Notes: generated from the letters alone by a model not told the origin. Shown: positions 1 to 14,150, counted from the stretch's first letter. The stretch is DNA of 64,000 nt from Cenococcum geophilum (GCA_050273025.1 CP158635.1:4154001-4218000); one strand, 5' to 3'. Program-made: numbers and translations.

Positions 1-92
1 GATGGTTATTTCTTTATTAGATAATTAGTAGGCGTATTCTACTACTATAGTAGCCGCCTTTACTACTTATTAATTAATTACTATATACTATA

Positions 93-1625
93 CAGAGGCC
101 CCTACTAAAAGTCTTTACTTACCGCCTTTAAGCGTATAGGCCTTTAGTACAATATTAAGCTACTAAAATAATATTATATTTAATATATCTATAAAATAAC
201 TTACTGCCTTAGAGTCTTCCATCATTATAATTAATCTTTTATATCTTCTTTATAGTTATTGTCTCCTTCTAGCCAAATAACCTTACAGATATATATCTTA
301 ATCCTTTTAATACAAGCCTAAATTCGCTATTACTTAAGCTCTACCTAGGCCTTACGCTATGCCTTCTTAGTAGCTATACGCGAAGTTAGTGCTCTTTTCT
401 TAGTAGTAACTCGCTTAAGATATATCTAGTAAGGCTCGAATATATTTAAATTAGGTAAGTTACCTAGCTAAAGAAGTTAAATAATCTTAGCGAGGCTATA
501 AACAACTCCCTACTAATAAGCGTTATATAACGGAGCTTTATCTTCTTATATAATTGTTTAAGGCCTTATTTCTATATACTCCTTTATAAAAGGGAGGAGC
601 TTTAGCTTTAAAACGAATATTTAATAGCAATACTAATCTACTCCTTTACTTTTGCCTTATATAAGCTTTCCGTAATTAACGTCCCATTTCTATTAAGGCT
701 TTATACTAGGAAGATTCCTTATACTTATTCTTCTTATACTAGTATTAAGCTCCTACTACTCCTTTATTACCAGCTCAAGCTCCTTATTAAGGCTTTGTTA
801 ATTCTTATTAGCTGTTTTTCTTTCTTTAATAGTTTTTAGTCGCCAAATATAATAAGGGCCCTTTTTATTATATAAGAAACAGCCTTAAAATATAAACTCT
901 TAATATCCTTTCTATCTTTTATATATACAACTTTTAAGAAAGTGTTTATTTAGTGTCCACTAAACTTAATATCTACCCCTTCTATGGCCAAGAACAACGG
1001 ACATCTTATTACTCTAAATTATATTCTTCCAATCTTCTAATATCTAATCTTGGTATTATATAGCAAACTTAAGTCTTTCCCTCTTTATTTCTTGTATAAG
1101 TCCTAGCTTTCTTATTAGTTTAGTCTTCTTAAGATTAGCAGATCGTAATATTCTCTATATAGTTATACTCCCTATTCCCTACTCCGCAGCAATTTAGTCG
1201 CAAGTCTTCTCTCTTCTATACCAATCTTAACGTACTACCGCAAGAACCCTCCCGTTTATATTATCTATTCGGATAAAAAAAATAGCCAGATTAGGTACTG
1301 TTAATAACGTAAACGTCGCGAAGGACTCTATTAATAACAGGATTAAAGCCACGTTATTCGGCTTTCTTAAAGATATAGTTAAGAGCTCGGGTTTTAACTC
1401 CAGTGTAGCGCCTAATCTCCTTATTTAACGTGATATATACTTTAAGGGCAAGGGTAGTAGCCCGCTGAGCAGTGTTATATTAAACTATAGTATATTAGGT
1501 AGTAATAGATAATAAAAATAAAAGCTCTTATAATAATACACTTATATAAATAGTAATGCGTTAGCAAATTTAATTCTACTAGTAGAATTAAGGCGGTAAG
1601 TAAAGACTTTTAGTAGGGACCTCCG
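93..1625 (-). mobile_element. Tc1/mariner DNA transposon, RIP-inactivated
   Basis: TIRs of about 37 bp (cagaggcccctactaaaagtctttacttaccgcctt / aaggcggtaagtaaagacttttagtagggacctccg) with TA at 91-92 and 1626-1627. De-RIPed minus strand gives Tc1-type motifs QEDKAPSH (~530-550) and WPGNSPDLN.IEP (~435-475). Confidence 0.9.
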
Positions 1626-1899
1626 TAGTTTCCTATATCTTAACTATCTCCTTATACTACCTCTTATAGATTAATATATACCCTATTTCCTCCCTAGGGC
1701 CTATTAAAGGCATAGGGGTATTTATTTATAACTAGCTCTATAATACTAAAGGTGAGCGAGATATATATATCCATTATATAAATAGGGTCCTTAGAGCTAT
1801 AGCCTGTACATATAATCAAGAATATTAATATTTTCGCGTTAGGTTAAGAACAGATAACCTCATTAATTAAGTACACTACTATAATGGTTTGCAATTCTA

Positions 1900-4800
1900 T
1901 TTCCAATAACATAGATCTTATGCAGCCTACTTAATACCCTATTTTTAAAAGTTAGGGCCTAAAAAAGCCACCGCTAGTACCTAAACCACTGCCTCCCTTT
2001 AAGCCTCTTTCTATATTAACGAAAACAAATATAGTAAGCTAAATTTTCTAAACAATATTAATAATAAGGATCCTTAGAGACCTAAGATTAACGGAACTGG
2101 AGCTCTTGCTGCACCCGGCCCAAAAAGACCAAAACCAACCAAAAGAACCCTGAAAAACACCCAGAGAATCCCCCTAAGATGTATGTATCGCAGGGGAGGC
2201 ACATATTAAACGACGGTGGCTCGCACTCGCGCGCGACCGCTAGAACTACGCCCAGCAATGGCCCTCTATAATAAAGACGGGCGAATACCACACCATAAAG
2301 TAGAAATACCTCTATTAAGAAGGCATCTAATAAAATATAAAGCCTATTGGACGCGTCTAGTATCTAGAATTGTGGGGGAGTAACCGTTAGCTATAATAAA
2401 CTAATGCAGCTAGTAGAATAGCTCCGCTAGTCCAGCGAACCTTAGGCGCCCCTCCAGCAAACCCTTAATTAAATCCTCCAACGGCTAAGCAAAATTGAAA
2501 ATAAGTATAACCCCCCCTTACCGGCGAACCGCACCTAGGCCGCTGTAGCTGCGCTTTTATAGTATAGGGAACCCACCCCCCTTAAGTTAATAACCGGGTA
2601 TATAATTATAATATAACCAAATATAGAATAAGTAGAGGGGCTTAGGGGATAATTAGAAATAGAAGTCCTTATAAAGATACGTAAAGAGGTCTATAACGCT
2701 GTTATAGTCTAATACCTTAAGAGCGGAGATATTAGAGTTACCCTAAAGGACTAATAGGCAAAGGAACGAGCCGTAAGGGTAGGGGATAGGCTAGGAGAAC
2801 GTATTGGCATAAAAGTACTCTGCGAGGATTACCTAGTTAAAGTCCTAGCGGTTCCTATAAGCCTTAGGGTAGAAAAGGAACGCTAGGTGGACAATATAGT
2901 AATTATATAGGAGATAGTAAGACAAACGGAACGCCTTATACTAGGACTTAAAATTACCTAAATCTAATAGCTTTAACAGGAAAATATAAATTAAGTATAT
3001 AATAAGAATAATAAGAGGATATAAGGGTCGCTAGAGACTTGCTAGGGAGACGCTAGACGAACGTATGGCTCCCTTATTATTAGTATATATATACTAGGAA
3101 TGCAAAAACTCCTTATCTAAAAAGGAATAATTATAAATGGCCTTATATATAACACAAGGCTCTATAACTACAGACTACGCCTAGAATAATGCTATTGCTG
3201 TGTATAATAGGGATATACCTAATCTATATACGTAGTATAGGTGTGCTGCGGCCATTATACAGGCCCCTATAATATAAGACATTACTTAAATTAAGACTAA
3301 ATAAAATGCGCGAACTGCCACCAAAGCACACATAAGGCATGGGAGAGAGAAGACTATATTAAATATAGGAGACAGAAGGCAAGGGCTTAATAGCTGCGGG
3401 AATAACTATATGCTAGGTTATATAAATGGAAACAATAGGCAATAAGCTAGGGGGATATAGGTGCTTTCCTAGTATTTCCTACCTTTAATACTAGAGGGCT
3501 AGGCTAGCCATCCTAAGCCTTAACGGGCTAGAAGTAACACCGCGCGATATTACTAGACTAATTAGGGACATAAGGGTTACAGGGGATATAAGGGAGAGGA
3601 CGCCCCGTAGGAAGACCCCTATAGACAGCAATAGTAGGCTTAAGACTAGGACAATTAAGAATTAGACTTAATACGGCAAATATAATATTCGCAGCTAACC
3701 CATAAAGGGTATATAGCTAATTAGTAAGAATAGGGGAAGAACTAGTAATAATAACAGATTTAGATATAGAAGCGCTAACAGGAACACAAGATATGGGAAT
3801 GGAAAGCTCTATATAAAATAAGTAGTAACTAGGGTGTAAATACAAAAGATAGAAGCTCTAAATATCCTAGAGAAAGTGGAAACAGAAGAAGTGAGGAATA
3901 AAGGAAAGTTAAAGGACCCTTACCGGGGGTCCGCCACCTATCTATTATATAGTATAACTGCGGTAATATAAACTACTGCCTCGTAAGGCCCCTACTAGAT
4001 AGTCTAGACCTAGAGAAATACTATATCCTTACTATACAAGAGCCGTATTATAATACCTTTATATAATTAATATACTGCCCCTAAGGATTCTAGCTCCTAT
4101 ACGAACCAAAAGCAGCTATATGTGTATGCTTTATAATTAGCAAGGCTATTAGCCTGTCTTTATAGTTATAGTAGGCAGTTAACCTAGATATTGTAGTTAT
4201 AATAATCCAAATATATAGGGGACCGGTATAAATTATTAATGTGTATAACTCTAGGGTTGAAGGGGTCCTATAAATAGAGAATATTATATTGGTAATAAGC
4301 TTACTAGAAACCGAAGGTATAAAGTCTATCCTATTAAGAGATATAAACCTCTACCACCTGCGGTAGGGGGGTATCTATATTACTGTAGACTAATAGTTAG
4401 AGTGCCTACTAAGAGCTATAGATATCTGGGGCCTTAAGCTAGCTACCCCCCTAGAAGCAATTATATAGCAACGAGGCACCGCTAGAAGTATAATTAACCT
4501 TATATTTATGGACAAAGGCCTATACTAGAGACTTAAAAGGTATAACCCTAAAGAAGAATGGGCACTTACCCTAGACTATATCCCTATCCAAATACAGCTA
4601 GACCTAGATACTAAAGCGCAACTAAATAGAAAAAGATATATAATAAGGAAGCTTAAGATAGACAGTTTCCTTAATACAGTCAAATAACAACTCTAAGACC
4701 TAGAAGAAATCTACCTAATACTAAATAAGCGAGGCCTATTAACTACCCCCAAGGAAATCGACTAAAGACTAGAAAGGATCCAGGCAGCAATTAAAAATAG

Positions 4801-7800
4801 GCTAGAAGAGCACTGCCTGATCTTAAAACCGGGCCTCTATGTACAACATATATAGTCCACACAATACGCAGTTCTAGTTACCAGCTAATAATAAGCAAGA
4901 AGGAAATATATAAGCAGCTACAACCTTAAAGACAAGAGATAATATAAAGACACAAGAAACTAGCTAAAGAATACCCTAAAAAAAGAAGCAAGAAATAACT
5001 GGAGACGGTTTATAAATAAACATACTTCTAACCTAAGCCTCCCCTATAATAAGGGCCTTTGGGATATAGCGAAATAAGTAAAGAAAAAGGTAGGGCGCCT
5101 AGTAAAAGACCTATACCTACTACCCCTACAAAGAGCAGGAGAATCATAGGCTATAAACAACAATAATAAGAAGGCAAAGATCCTTATAGAAAGGTTCTTC
5201 CCCCAACTAGCTCTAGTAGACCTCAGTAATATTATAGGCAAAATACCGGTAACTCGCCTATGGGTTAACAGCGATATAATAATAGAGGAAATAGCTAGAA
5301 CTATTAGCCGCCTTTTAAATAATATAGTACTAGGACCAGATGGGATTCTAAATAAGGCCCTAAAAACCTGTGGGCCACTTATAGCACCTTAGCTTATAGA
5401 TATAGCCAGAGCATGCTTTGCTATAGGCTACTACCTATAACTTAGAAGATCTATAACAACGGTTATCCTATAAAAAGAAGGTAAAGTAGATTACTTAATC
5501 CTAGGAAGCTACCGCCCTATTGCCTTAGAAAACACCCTTAGTAAGATCTTAGAAAGGGTAATAGCGGAACGCATAGCAGATATAGTAGAGGAACACGCCC
5601 TACTACTATAAAGCTAAATAGGGGCAAGAAAGAACCGCTTAACACTATTAGTACTTACGCTACTCGCTACTACTATTAAATCTGTATAGGCGATGCGAAA
5701 GGACTTTGTAGTATTAATGCTTAGCCTAAACATTAGTGGTGCCTATAACAATATACCCTATAAGCGTCTCCTGTATATCCTTAGGGTAAAGGGCTTCCTA
5801 GAATAGATTATACAATTTATCTAAGGGTTTATAGGCTAGAAAGAAACATTATTGGTCTTTAGCGGATACCAGAGCCCCCCTATTATAGTTGCAACAGGAA
5901 TACCACAAAAATCACCCCTCTTGCCTATACTCTTCCTTTTCTTTATAAGTAACCTACTTAACTCCTTTAAGGAAGGGGCAACCCAGGGGATAGGCTTTAT
6001 TAACGATATAAACCTAATTATATATGGGCCAACAGCCGTAGAGAACTGCAGAACACTAGAGAAAGCCTATAATACTTATATAGAGTGGGCAAAACGTTAT
6101 AGAGTCTAATTCTCACCAGAGAAATACCAGCTAATCTATTTTATAAGAAAACGTAACTAATCTGTAGATCTCTAGCATATAATTCGCATCTAAGGCTTTA
6201 GGGGTTAACCAGTTTAGGGCCTAAGGGTATTAGGAGTATAGGTAGATAGCAAGCTTTGGTGGAGCGCATATACAGTATAAGCGGCCTGTAAAGGCCAAGC
6301 ACAGTTTATCGCTTTATCTAGGATTGTTAATTTTATATAGGGTCCATACTTCTAGAGGTCACGCCTACTATATATAGTAGTCGTCCGGCTAACTATAATA
6401 TATAAATCTAGTATCTGGGCCATTAGAGAAACTAAAAAGGGCCCCCTAAAATCACTCCTTAAACCACTTTAAAAGGTCTAAACAGCCTGCCTCTGGAGTA
6501 TTATAGGCGGGTACAAGTAAACAGCCACAGTACTGCTTAAGAAGGAATTTAATATTCCCCCCCTATAGTTATATATTAAAGCCGCTATAATATAAAGAAC
6601 GCAAAATAAACGTAACTCTAATATTATAAAGTATATTAAGACACGCCTAAGTAAACTATAGAGGGACCCTAGGGTGCCCTATAGGAGAACAAACTAATAA
6701 CCCTAAAGTAGGGAAGAGATATTAGAGAAATAAGTAAAGAAAGTAAAAGAAAAATAGTACCGCTTTAGGGCCTAGGCCTATATAGAGGAGGAAGGGAGAC
6801 GCGTAAGAGGTCAGTAAAAATAATAGTAAGATAGAGAAAGGAGCTAAAGTAGAACACATAAGAACACCGGGAAATTATCTACCGCAATGCAATACTGGTT
6901 AAACCAACGCTAAAGAGGTAAATGGGAGTCAAAGGTACAGAGGCTAACTTAGGCAAGACGAACCCAAGCTATAGCATAGTTAACGCTATAGGGGGTAAAT
7001 ACCTAAGGGCTCTAAGAAGGCCTAATAAAGGCAAAAAACATAATAGTAACACTCTTAAGAATAGGAATAATAGGACTAAAAGATTGGCTTTACTAGGTAG
7101 GTGTCCTAGTAGGTAGCCCAAGATATAAATATAGCTGGCCAAGACAGACACTAAAACATATAATACTGCTATGCCCCCTACGCACTAATTAAGAAATAAT
7201 ACTCTTAGCAGCTGGTATAGAGAACTATAATACACTGCTCTTAATATAAAAAGGCCTCAAGGCGGTCACCTAGTGGCTTATTAGTCAAAATATGCTAAAT
7301 CAGTTCCGGGTTATAAGGGAAATAATAATAGAAGGTAAGGGGGCAAGCAGCAGGTGCCCCCTAGTAACTCTACAGTAGTAGAGTAAAAGTTTGTGATACT
7401 AGCGCGTCCGTAGGCTTATTACGGCAGTAGTGGTTCCTAAGAAGGTCAAATAGTAAGGTAGTAAAGCACCACAGGCAACTCGCAGGCGCTAAGTAGGCGA
7501 GTCCCAAAAGGCGGGGAGATAGATTACGGGGTTTTCTTATTTTTCTTAAATAGAGTTTTCTCCCCACATGTAAATAAGGAGTAGTTTGTGTGGGCCCAGT
7601 AGGGATCCAAATCAGACGTTAAGCAATGAATTATTATTATTATTATTAATAAGGATCCTTAGCAACTTTTTAAGATATTTTAGACAGACAGATTAACTTA
7701 TAAAATATATAAATTCAAATATAGAGCTATACCTACCTCTAGAGGATAAGGACTTCGTATATAGATAGAAGCTAATATTAAGGCAGGAACTATATATATA

Positions 7801-9190
7801 TATATATTTAGCAATGCTAATTTATATAGGGCTATATATAAAATACAGTATTAAGGACTTTAGCTATAGCACAATGCATATTATTTAGAACTATATTAGA
7901 GCAAATTAATAGTAGTAAATCGACCGCTACTTCTACTATACTTAGCTAAGATCTTAACACAATACAGCCTTCTAGAATATATTAAAGAGGGTTTAGAAAC
8001 TTAGTAAGGAGCTTAGCTTACTTTAATAAGGCTTTATAAACCTAGAATATACGTTACCGTTAATAAAATAATAAAATACTTTACTGGCCGTGCTCTTAAG
8101 ATTAGTAATATTCTAACTAAGCCTATACCTAAGGGCTTTAAGATCTAGCTACTAGGTAATTAGGGCTATATCTTTAACTAGATATTTTACGCAAAAGGTA
8201 ATAATAAAGGCCTAGTAGATTTACTTAAGTATTAGGTAGAGAAGGAAGGCTTTTTACAGATATAGGTGGTAGTACTAGATTTCTTAACTTAGGAGGATCC
8301 TATTACTAGTTAATGTCTTTGCTAGCTAAATAAGTACACCATTTAGCCAGATAACCTCTTTATATCTATAAATTTACTTTATTAACTACAGTAGCTTAGA
8401 ATTAGAGGTATAGGAATAGTTTAAATAATAAAATAAAGGTATAAGAAACTTAAGAATAAAAAGGGGTAAACTATACTAGTTAAGTAAATTGACCGATAGC
8501 TTGCGGACCTTAAGCTTCTCTACTAAAGCTAGATTAAATAGAGTGTACTATATAGGAGACTTTTAGAAGATGGAATAGTAATAGAGTTTGCCTAGAAGGA
8601 CGCTAATATAGTCCTATTTATAAGCACTATTAGTAATAGTTTATACTCTAGTTTAATATTAAGGCTCTATAACTAATAACATTATCTATTATAAGTTTAA
8701 ACTTTATTAAGCGATAGTAATAACGGCTTGCTATAACTCCCTTAGGCTCTTAGTAAGCTTATAAGGTATATAGTAATGCTGCTAGGAAATAGTTACCTAT
8801 ATCGGAATTTATTAATATATATAATTACTTTATAAAAGGCGTTAATACCGCTAACTAGATATGATCCTATTATATATCCCTTAAGATCTACCGCTATACC
8901 TAAAAGCCTCTCTTTTACTTCCTTATTAATATAGCAATAACAAACGCCTATAGATTGTCTTTCTACGTAACCCGCGGCTGGTTAAATTATGCTAGCTATA
9001 AAGCCTTCTATATAGACCTTATTAATTCCCTTTTTAAATACTCTACTATAGTCCCTTAGCATTCTAAGCTAAGAGTCTTTATAAGTTAAATATAACAGCA
9101 CCTATTAGTAGAGCACGGATATAAGCCTACGAAGATTAATAATAAAGAAGTAGCTTACGTGGCTTGCTTATAGGTAAAAAGGAAGACTTA
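1900..9190 (+). pseudogene. piggyBac-like transposase remnant (about 1900-2077 plus 7663-9190), split by a LINE
   Basis: De-RIPed motifs VAVDE..FTGRAPEIVNIPTKPTPEGFKIW (~8050-8150) and DNLFTS (~8350) are typical of piggyBac transposases. The reading (DPWQLFKIFW) continues across the LINE TSD. Element ends were not identified. Confidence 0.8.
2078..7646 (+). mobile_element. Full-length Tad1-like LINE retrotransposon, RIP-inactivated
   Basis: 15-16 bp TSD (t)aataaggatccttag at 2062-2077 and 7647-7662, and a 3' (TTA)n tail. ORF1 has three zinc knuckles (~3190-3345, e.g. KCANCHQSTHKAW). ORF2 has an APE endonuclease (QYNC, IQEP ~3950-4045), RT (GPDGI ~5335, YRPIAL ~5510, FIDD-like ~6000) and a C-terminal CxC..H..C (~7120-7180). 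Confidence 0.93.
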
Positions 9191-9199
9191 TATTAAGAG

Positions 9200-9920
9200 A
9201 ATTTCTAACGCTAAGTATATATATCTTATTATTCTTTATAAGCGTTTAGTATATAGTCTAATTTACTATAGGGTCTTATATTTAATCTAAGGCTACTTAT
9301 TTTAAGGGTAAACTTACCCTATCTTATTAATATTTAAAAACTTTAGGATAATATGGATCGTATTCGCGCTAAAAAACGGCAAGTATTTAACGCTTAACTA
9401 GACGCTTATACTCGATTAGCCTATCTTAAAAAGGGTTATAAGAAGGTCCGTTTAAAGGAGTAGAAACTCGTTAAGTAAGGTTTAGCAAAGCTTAAGTCTG
9501 ATTTAAAAAAAAACTCTTTTAATAAAGAGGGAAATAACTCTAAGTAGCTTGGTAGCTGCTCCTCTTAGGTCCTACTTAGGTAACTTATTTTTTTTAACGA
9601 TTTTTCCTTATTAATATTACTTAACCTAATTTCTTTTAATACTTCTATACTATTCCTATAACGTTTTTTAGGTTCTATAATAGTTCCTAAGTAGTCTTAT
9701 TAGAGCTTATCTACTTTATTCTATACTATATTTTATTATCTATATCCTTATAACTAACGATCTTTTATACTTACTACTTATCCTTTTTCTATCCTCTATA
9801 TATATTTACTTTATAAACTATTAGTTCTATATCTCTATATACTATATAAGGTAGATCTTTATCTTAGCTAGTAAGTCTAACTTATAACTTTTAAGATCTT
9901 TATTAGGATTTTAAATAGTC
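9200..9920 (-). mobile_element. Fragment of the 3' region of a Gypsy element related to family A
   Basis: Aligns by eye with 11010-11750 and 16065-16800 (chromodomain end plus second exon of the antisense ORF), but is more diverged. Confidence 0.7.
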
Positions 9921-10805
9921 CTATAACTCTATAGGGTTACTTTTATTTAGCTAGAAATAGATTACTTACCTTATATAAGTTTTAACTAAAAAAGACCAGA
10001 AGAACCTTAGACCGTATATAAGAAACTATCCTATAGTAAGGCCTAGCAGTACACTAAATACAAAAAAAAAGCCTAGACGGTAGCCTATAAGAACTTAAAA
10101 AAGGCCTAAAGGTTAATAAAATAGTAGGTAAATAAATACCGTTAAGACCTAACTTTATTCTTAGTAATATACTTTAGATTATAAGAAGAAATTAGAAAAC
10201 TAAACGACCTAGCTATAAGCTAGACTATTAGATAGTAGGACTATATAAGGTCCTTAAGAAGATAGGCAACTTATTATAACGGAACCTTATAGTAAGTACT
10301 ACAATGGGCTCGTTAATGGGCTAGGTGTATAGGTAATATAAATTAAAGTTAACAACGTAATAATAACTAGTAGAGTAGTTGCCTAATAGATTAACTCCAA
10401 TTATATTCTAAAAATCACTATAAGAAAGGAACTATCTAGGTAGGGATTAAGGGTCCTTAAATACACAACCGTACTTCTATAAAATCCTTCTTATACGTAA
10501 TATATATGTTATACGTATTATATATACGTTCCCTTTATACACTATATATACTGCGTATAACGTTATATAACCTTAGCTACTATTCCTTATTATATAGCTC
10601 TACTAGCTCTATTTTAGACCGTGCCTAAATTAACTAATTAGCTTCTTCTAACTCTTCTCTAAGTAGTTATAATATTGTACTTAAAGCGTCCATAACACTA
10701 TCTCCCTTCTCTTTATCTTCGTCCTTAAAGATTTAAAATATCTCTAAGTTATTTACTAGAGGTATAATATCCGTCTAATTAATTTAGTTAATATTATTAC
10801 TTATT

Positions 10806-11490
10806 ATACCTAAAGCTCTTTCTTCTTCGTAGGCGCAACGTCGTGCTCGTACTATTGCTGCAATATTATTTCTTAGTAAGATTATACCATCTCTATATTC
10901 TCGTTATTTAAAAGAGGGGTTAGTTTATATTACGTTAGCAAACCTATCTTCGCGATAACTGTCCTCTTATTTAGAGTGCACTAAAGCAAATATTTATTTG
11001 TCCTATAACGTTTGCTCTATCTCTAATACTAAATATATATAACTTATTACCCTAAATAGTTATCTAGTTCCCTAATTAATTTGTCTTAGGGTTTTATATT
11101 TAATCTGCTACTATATAGCTAAATAGTAAACTGTTTTAGGCTCTTACTAAGCTAGAATGTTCTTATAATATAGAGTAGAAGGCCCTTAAAGCCTATATTA
11201 CGGCATCTACTTAGCTACTCTGTCTTAAGAAGGTTTATAAGAAGGTCCGTTTTAAGGAGTAGAAGCTTATAAAATAAGGTTTGTAGGAACTTAGTAATAA
11301 AAGAATAGATTCTCCTCTAATTAAAAAAGAAATAAATTTAAGTAGTTTAGCAACTGCTCTTCTTAGGTCCCCCTTAGGTAACTTATTCTTTAGTGATCCT
11401 TTTTTATTATTACTGCCTAACCTAATCTCTTCCGATACTTCTATACCTTTCTTATAGCGTTTTTTAAATTCTTTAGTAGTTCCTAGGTAG
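10806..11490 (+). pseudogene. Antisense two-exon ORF of Gypsy A copy 1 (Zn2Cys6-like plus coiled coil), RIP-damaged
   Basis: Homologous to 15856-16540 and 61765-62469 (see findings). The start codon, five of six Cys codons and the splice donor are inferred by reversing RIP. Confidence 0.6.
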
Positions 11491-11934
11491 TCTTACTATA
11501 GCCTATCTACTTAACTTCGTACTATATTTTATTGTTGATATTCTTATAGCTAACAATCTTTAAAACTTACTATTTATCTTCTTCTTACCCTTTATACGTA
11601 TCTACTTTATAGACTAGTGGCTTAATATTTCTATATACTGGCTCTAGTATCGCAATATGCTATATAGGGTAGATCTTTATTTTAGCTAGTAGGTTTAACT
11701 TAAATGTAACTAGTAAAATCCTTTACTTAATTTTAAAAGGTCCTAGTCTAATATAGTCTAACTTTTTACTTAGTTATTAACTCTTAAAGTTTTTATATAG
11801 TAGCTATACTTTATCTCCCTCCTTAAGATCTAGTCCCTTAAATCTCTTAGCGTTATAGTACTTTTTTATTTCATCGGGAAAATATTCGCAGGATAAGATT
11901 TAAGTAGACTTTGGTTTTCGCGTTTCGCGTAATT

Positions 11935-12325
11935 GACATGTAATTTAACCAACTCGATACGCAATTAACCAACTTGACACGCAGTTAACCTACTTAATAT
12001 GTAATTTAACTAACTCGACACGCAGTTGACCTACTTAACATATAATTTAACTAACTTAATACGCAGTTGACCTACTTAATATGTAATTTAACTAACTTAA
12101 TACGCAGTTAACCTACTTAACATGTAATTTAATTAACTTAACACGCAGTTAACCTACTTAATATGCAATTTAACTAACTTAATATATAGTTGACCTACTT
12201 AACATGCAATTTAACTAACTTAATACGCAGTTGACCTACTTAATATGCAATTTAACTAACTTAACACACAGTTGACCTACTTAATATATAATTTAACTAA
12301 CTTAATATACAGTTAACCTACTTAA
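11935..12325. repeat. 41-bp tandem array (two ~20-bp half units), about 9 copies
   Basis: Unit ttaacctacttaatatgtaatttaactaactcgacacgcag with transition variants. Confidence 0.9.
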
Positions 12326-12456
12326 CAACTTTAAAAGCTAACTGTATATTTCTTAACGTGCGATTAAGGTAAAGTTATATACTATATATTTAACTATTAT
12401 ATATAATCTTATACAATCTTATACAATCTCATACAATCTTATAGTCTTATTACTTA

Positions 12457-12760
12457 GAGGCTCTGTATGAGGCTCTACACGAAGCTCTACATGAAGCTCT
12501 GCGTACAGAGGCTCTGCACGAAGCTCTGCGCATAGAGGCTCTGCACAAAGCTCTGCACGAAGCTTCGCATAAGGCTCTACACGAGGCTCTACACGAAGCT
12601 CTGCGTACAGAGGCTCTGCACGAAGCTCTGCACGAAGCTCTGCACGAGGGTCTGCGCGAGGGTCTGCGCGAGGGTCTGCGCGAAGCTCTGCGTACAGAGG
12701 CTCTGCACGAGGCTCTGCGAGAAGCTCTGCGTACAGAGGCTCTACACGAAGCTCTGCATC
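12457..12760. repeat. 12/18-bp tandem array (gaagctctgcac / gaagctctgcgtacagag)
   Basis: Directly visible. Preceded by a few caatcttata 10-mers at ~12404-12443. Confidence 0.9.
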
Positions 12761-12887
12761 GGGTCCCCGCTATATTCCCGATAGCCTCTACACGTGCCTC
12801 TACCCTATGTAGCTACCTTATTTTTTACCCTTCCTTCCTTCTTTATATCCTCCCTACCTAGGGAGGCACCAGAACGGCAGCCAGCAG

Positions 12888-13700
12888 AGGACCGTTGCTA
12901 GAACTAGACGACCGTCGCTAGAACTAGATGACCGTTACCAGAACCAGACGACCATCGCCAGCCAGACGACCGTTACCAGAACTAGACGACCGTTGCCAGA
13001 GCCAGACGATCGTCGCCAGAACCAGATGACCGTCGCTAGCCAGACGACCGTTACCAGAACCAGATGACCGTCGCCAGCCAGACGACCGTTACTAGAACTA
13101 GACGACTGTCGCCAGAACCAGACGACCGTTGTTAGCTAGACGACCGTTACCAGAACTAGACGACCGTTGCCAGAGCTAGACGACCGTCGCTAGAACTAGA
13201 CGACTGTTACTAGAACCAGACGACCGTCGCTAGAACCAGACGACCGTTGCTAGCTAGACGACCGTTACCAGAACCAGACGACCGTTGCTAGAGCCAGACG
13301 ACCGTCGCTAGAACTAGACGACTGTTACCAGAACCAGACGACCGTCGCCAGAACCAGACGACCGTTGTTAGCTAGACGACCGTTACTAGAACCAGACGAC
13401 CGTTGCCAGAGCTAGACGATCGTCGCCAGAACCAGACGACCGTCGCCAGCTAGACGACCGTTACCAGAACTAGACGACCGTCGCCAGCCAGACGACCGTT
13501 ACTAGAACTAGACGACTGTCGCCAGAACCAGACGACCGTCGCCAGCTAGACGACCGTTACCAGAACTAGACGACCGTCGCCAGAACCAGACGACCGTTAC
13601 TAGAACTAGATGACTGTTGCCAGAGCCAGACGACCGTCGCCAGAACTAGACGATTGTCGCCAGAACCAGACAACCCTCGCTAGAGCCAGATGATAACGAC
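12888..13700. repeat. 20/16-bp tandem array (gaaccagacgaccgtcgcca and a 4-bp-shorter variant), about 40 units
   Basis: Directly visible. Variants are mostly C>T or G>A. Confidence 0.92.
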
Positions 13701-13754
13701 TAGCCAGCCAATACTATAAACGATTTGATCGATTGATCGAATTAAGGTAGTATA

Positions 13755-14150
13755 GACAGGTAGGCATAAACAGGTAGATGCTGATGGGTAGGTAGATGTA
13801 GACAGGTAGGTAGATGTAGATAGGTAAGTAGATATAGATAGGCAGGTAGATGCAGATAGGTAAGTAGATGCAGATAGGCAAGCAGATGTAGATAGGTAGG
13901 TAGATGCTGACGGGTAGGTAGATATAGATAGGTAGGCAGATATAGACAAGTAGATATAAATAGGTAGGTAGATGCAAATAGGTAAGCAGATATAGATAGG
14001 TAGGTAGATGCTAACAGGTAGGTAAATATAGATAGGTAGGTAGATGTAGATAGGTAGGCAAATGTAGACAGGTAGATGTAGATAGGTAGGCGATGTAAAT
14101 AGGTAGGCGATGTAGGTAGGTAGGTAAGTTAATAGGTAGATAGGTAGAAG
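13755..14150. repeat. 18-bp purine-rich tandem array (gtagatgtagataggtag)
   Basis: Directly visible. It generates the repetitive ORF-track peptides at 13680-13977. Confidence 0.88.

Noticed and set aside
5044..7567. Short ORFs in the LINE, and equivalents at 55136 and 57124
   Set aside because: Stop-free remnants or antisense readings of RIPed ORF2. 5852-6109 is a real RT fragment but not a gene.
12888..13700. CRISPR-like appearance of the 20-bp array
   Set aside because: Units are head-to-tail with no unique spacers, there are no cas genes, and the context is fungal.
13680..13977. ORF-track peptides of 89 and 87 aa (STYLSAS.., IYLPIY..)
   Set aside because: Translations of an 18-bp tandem repeat with no other coding evidence.
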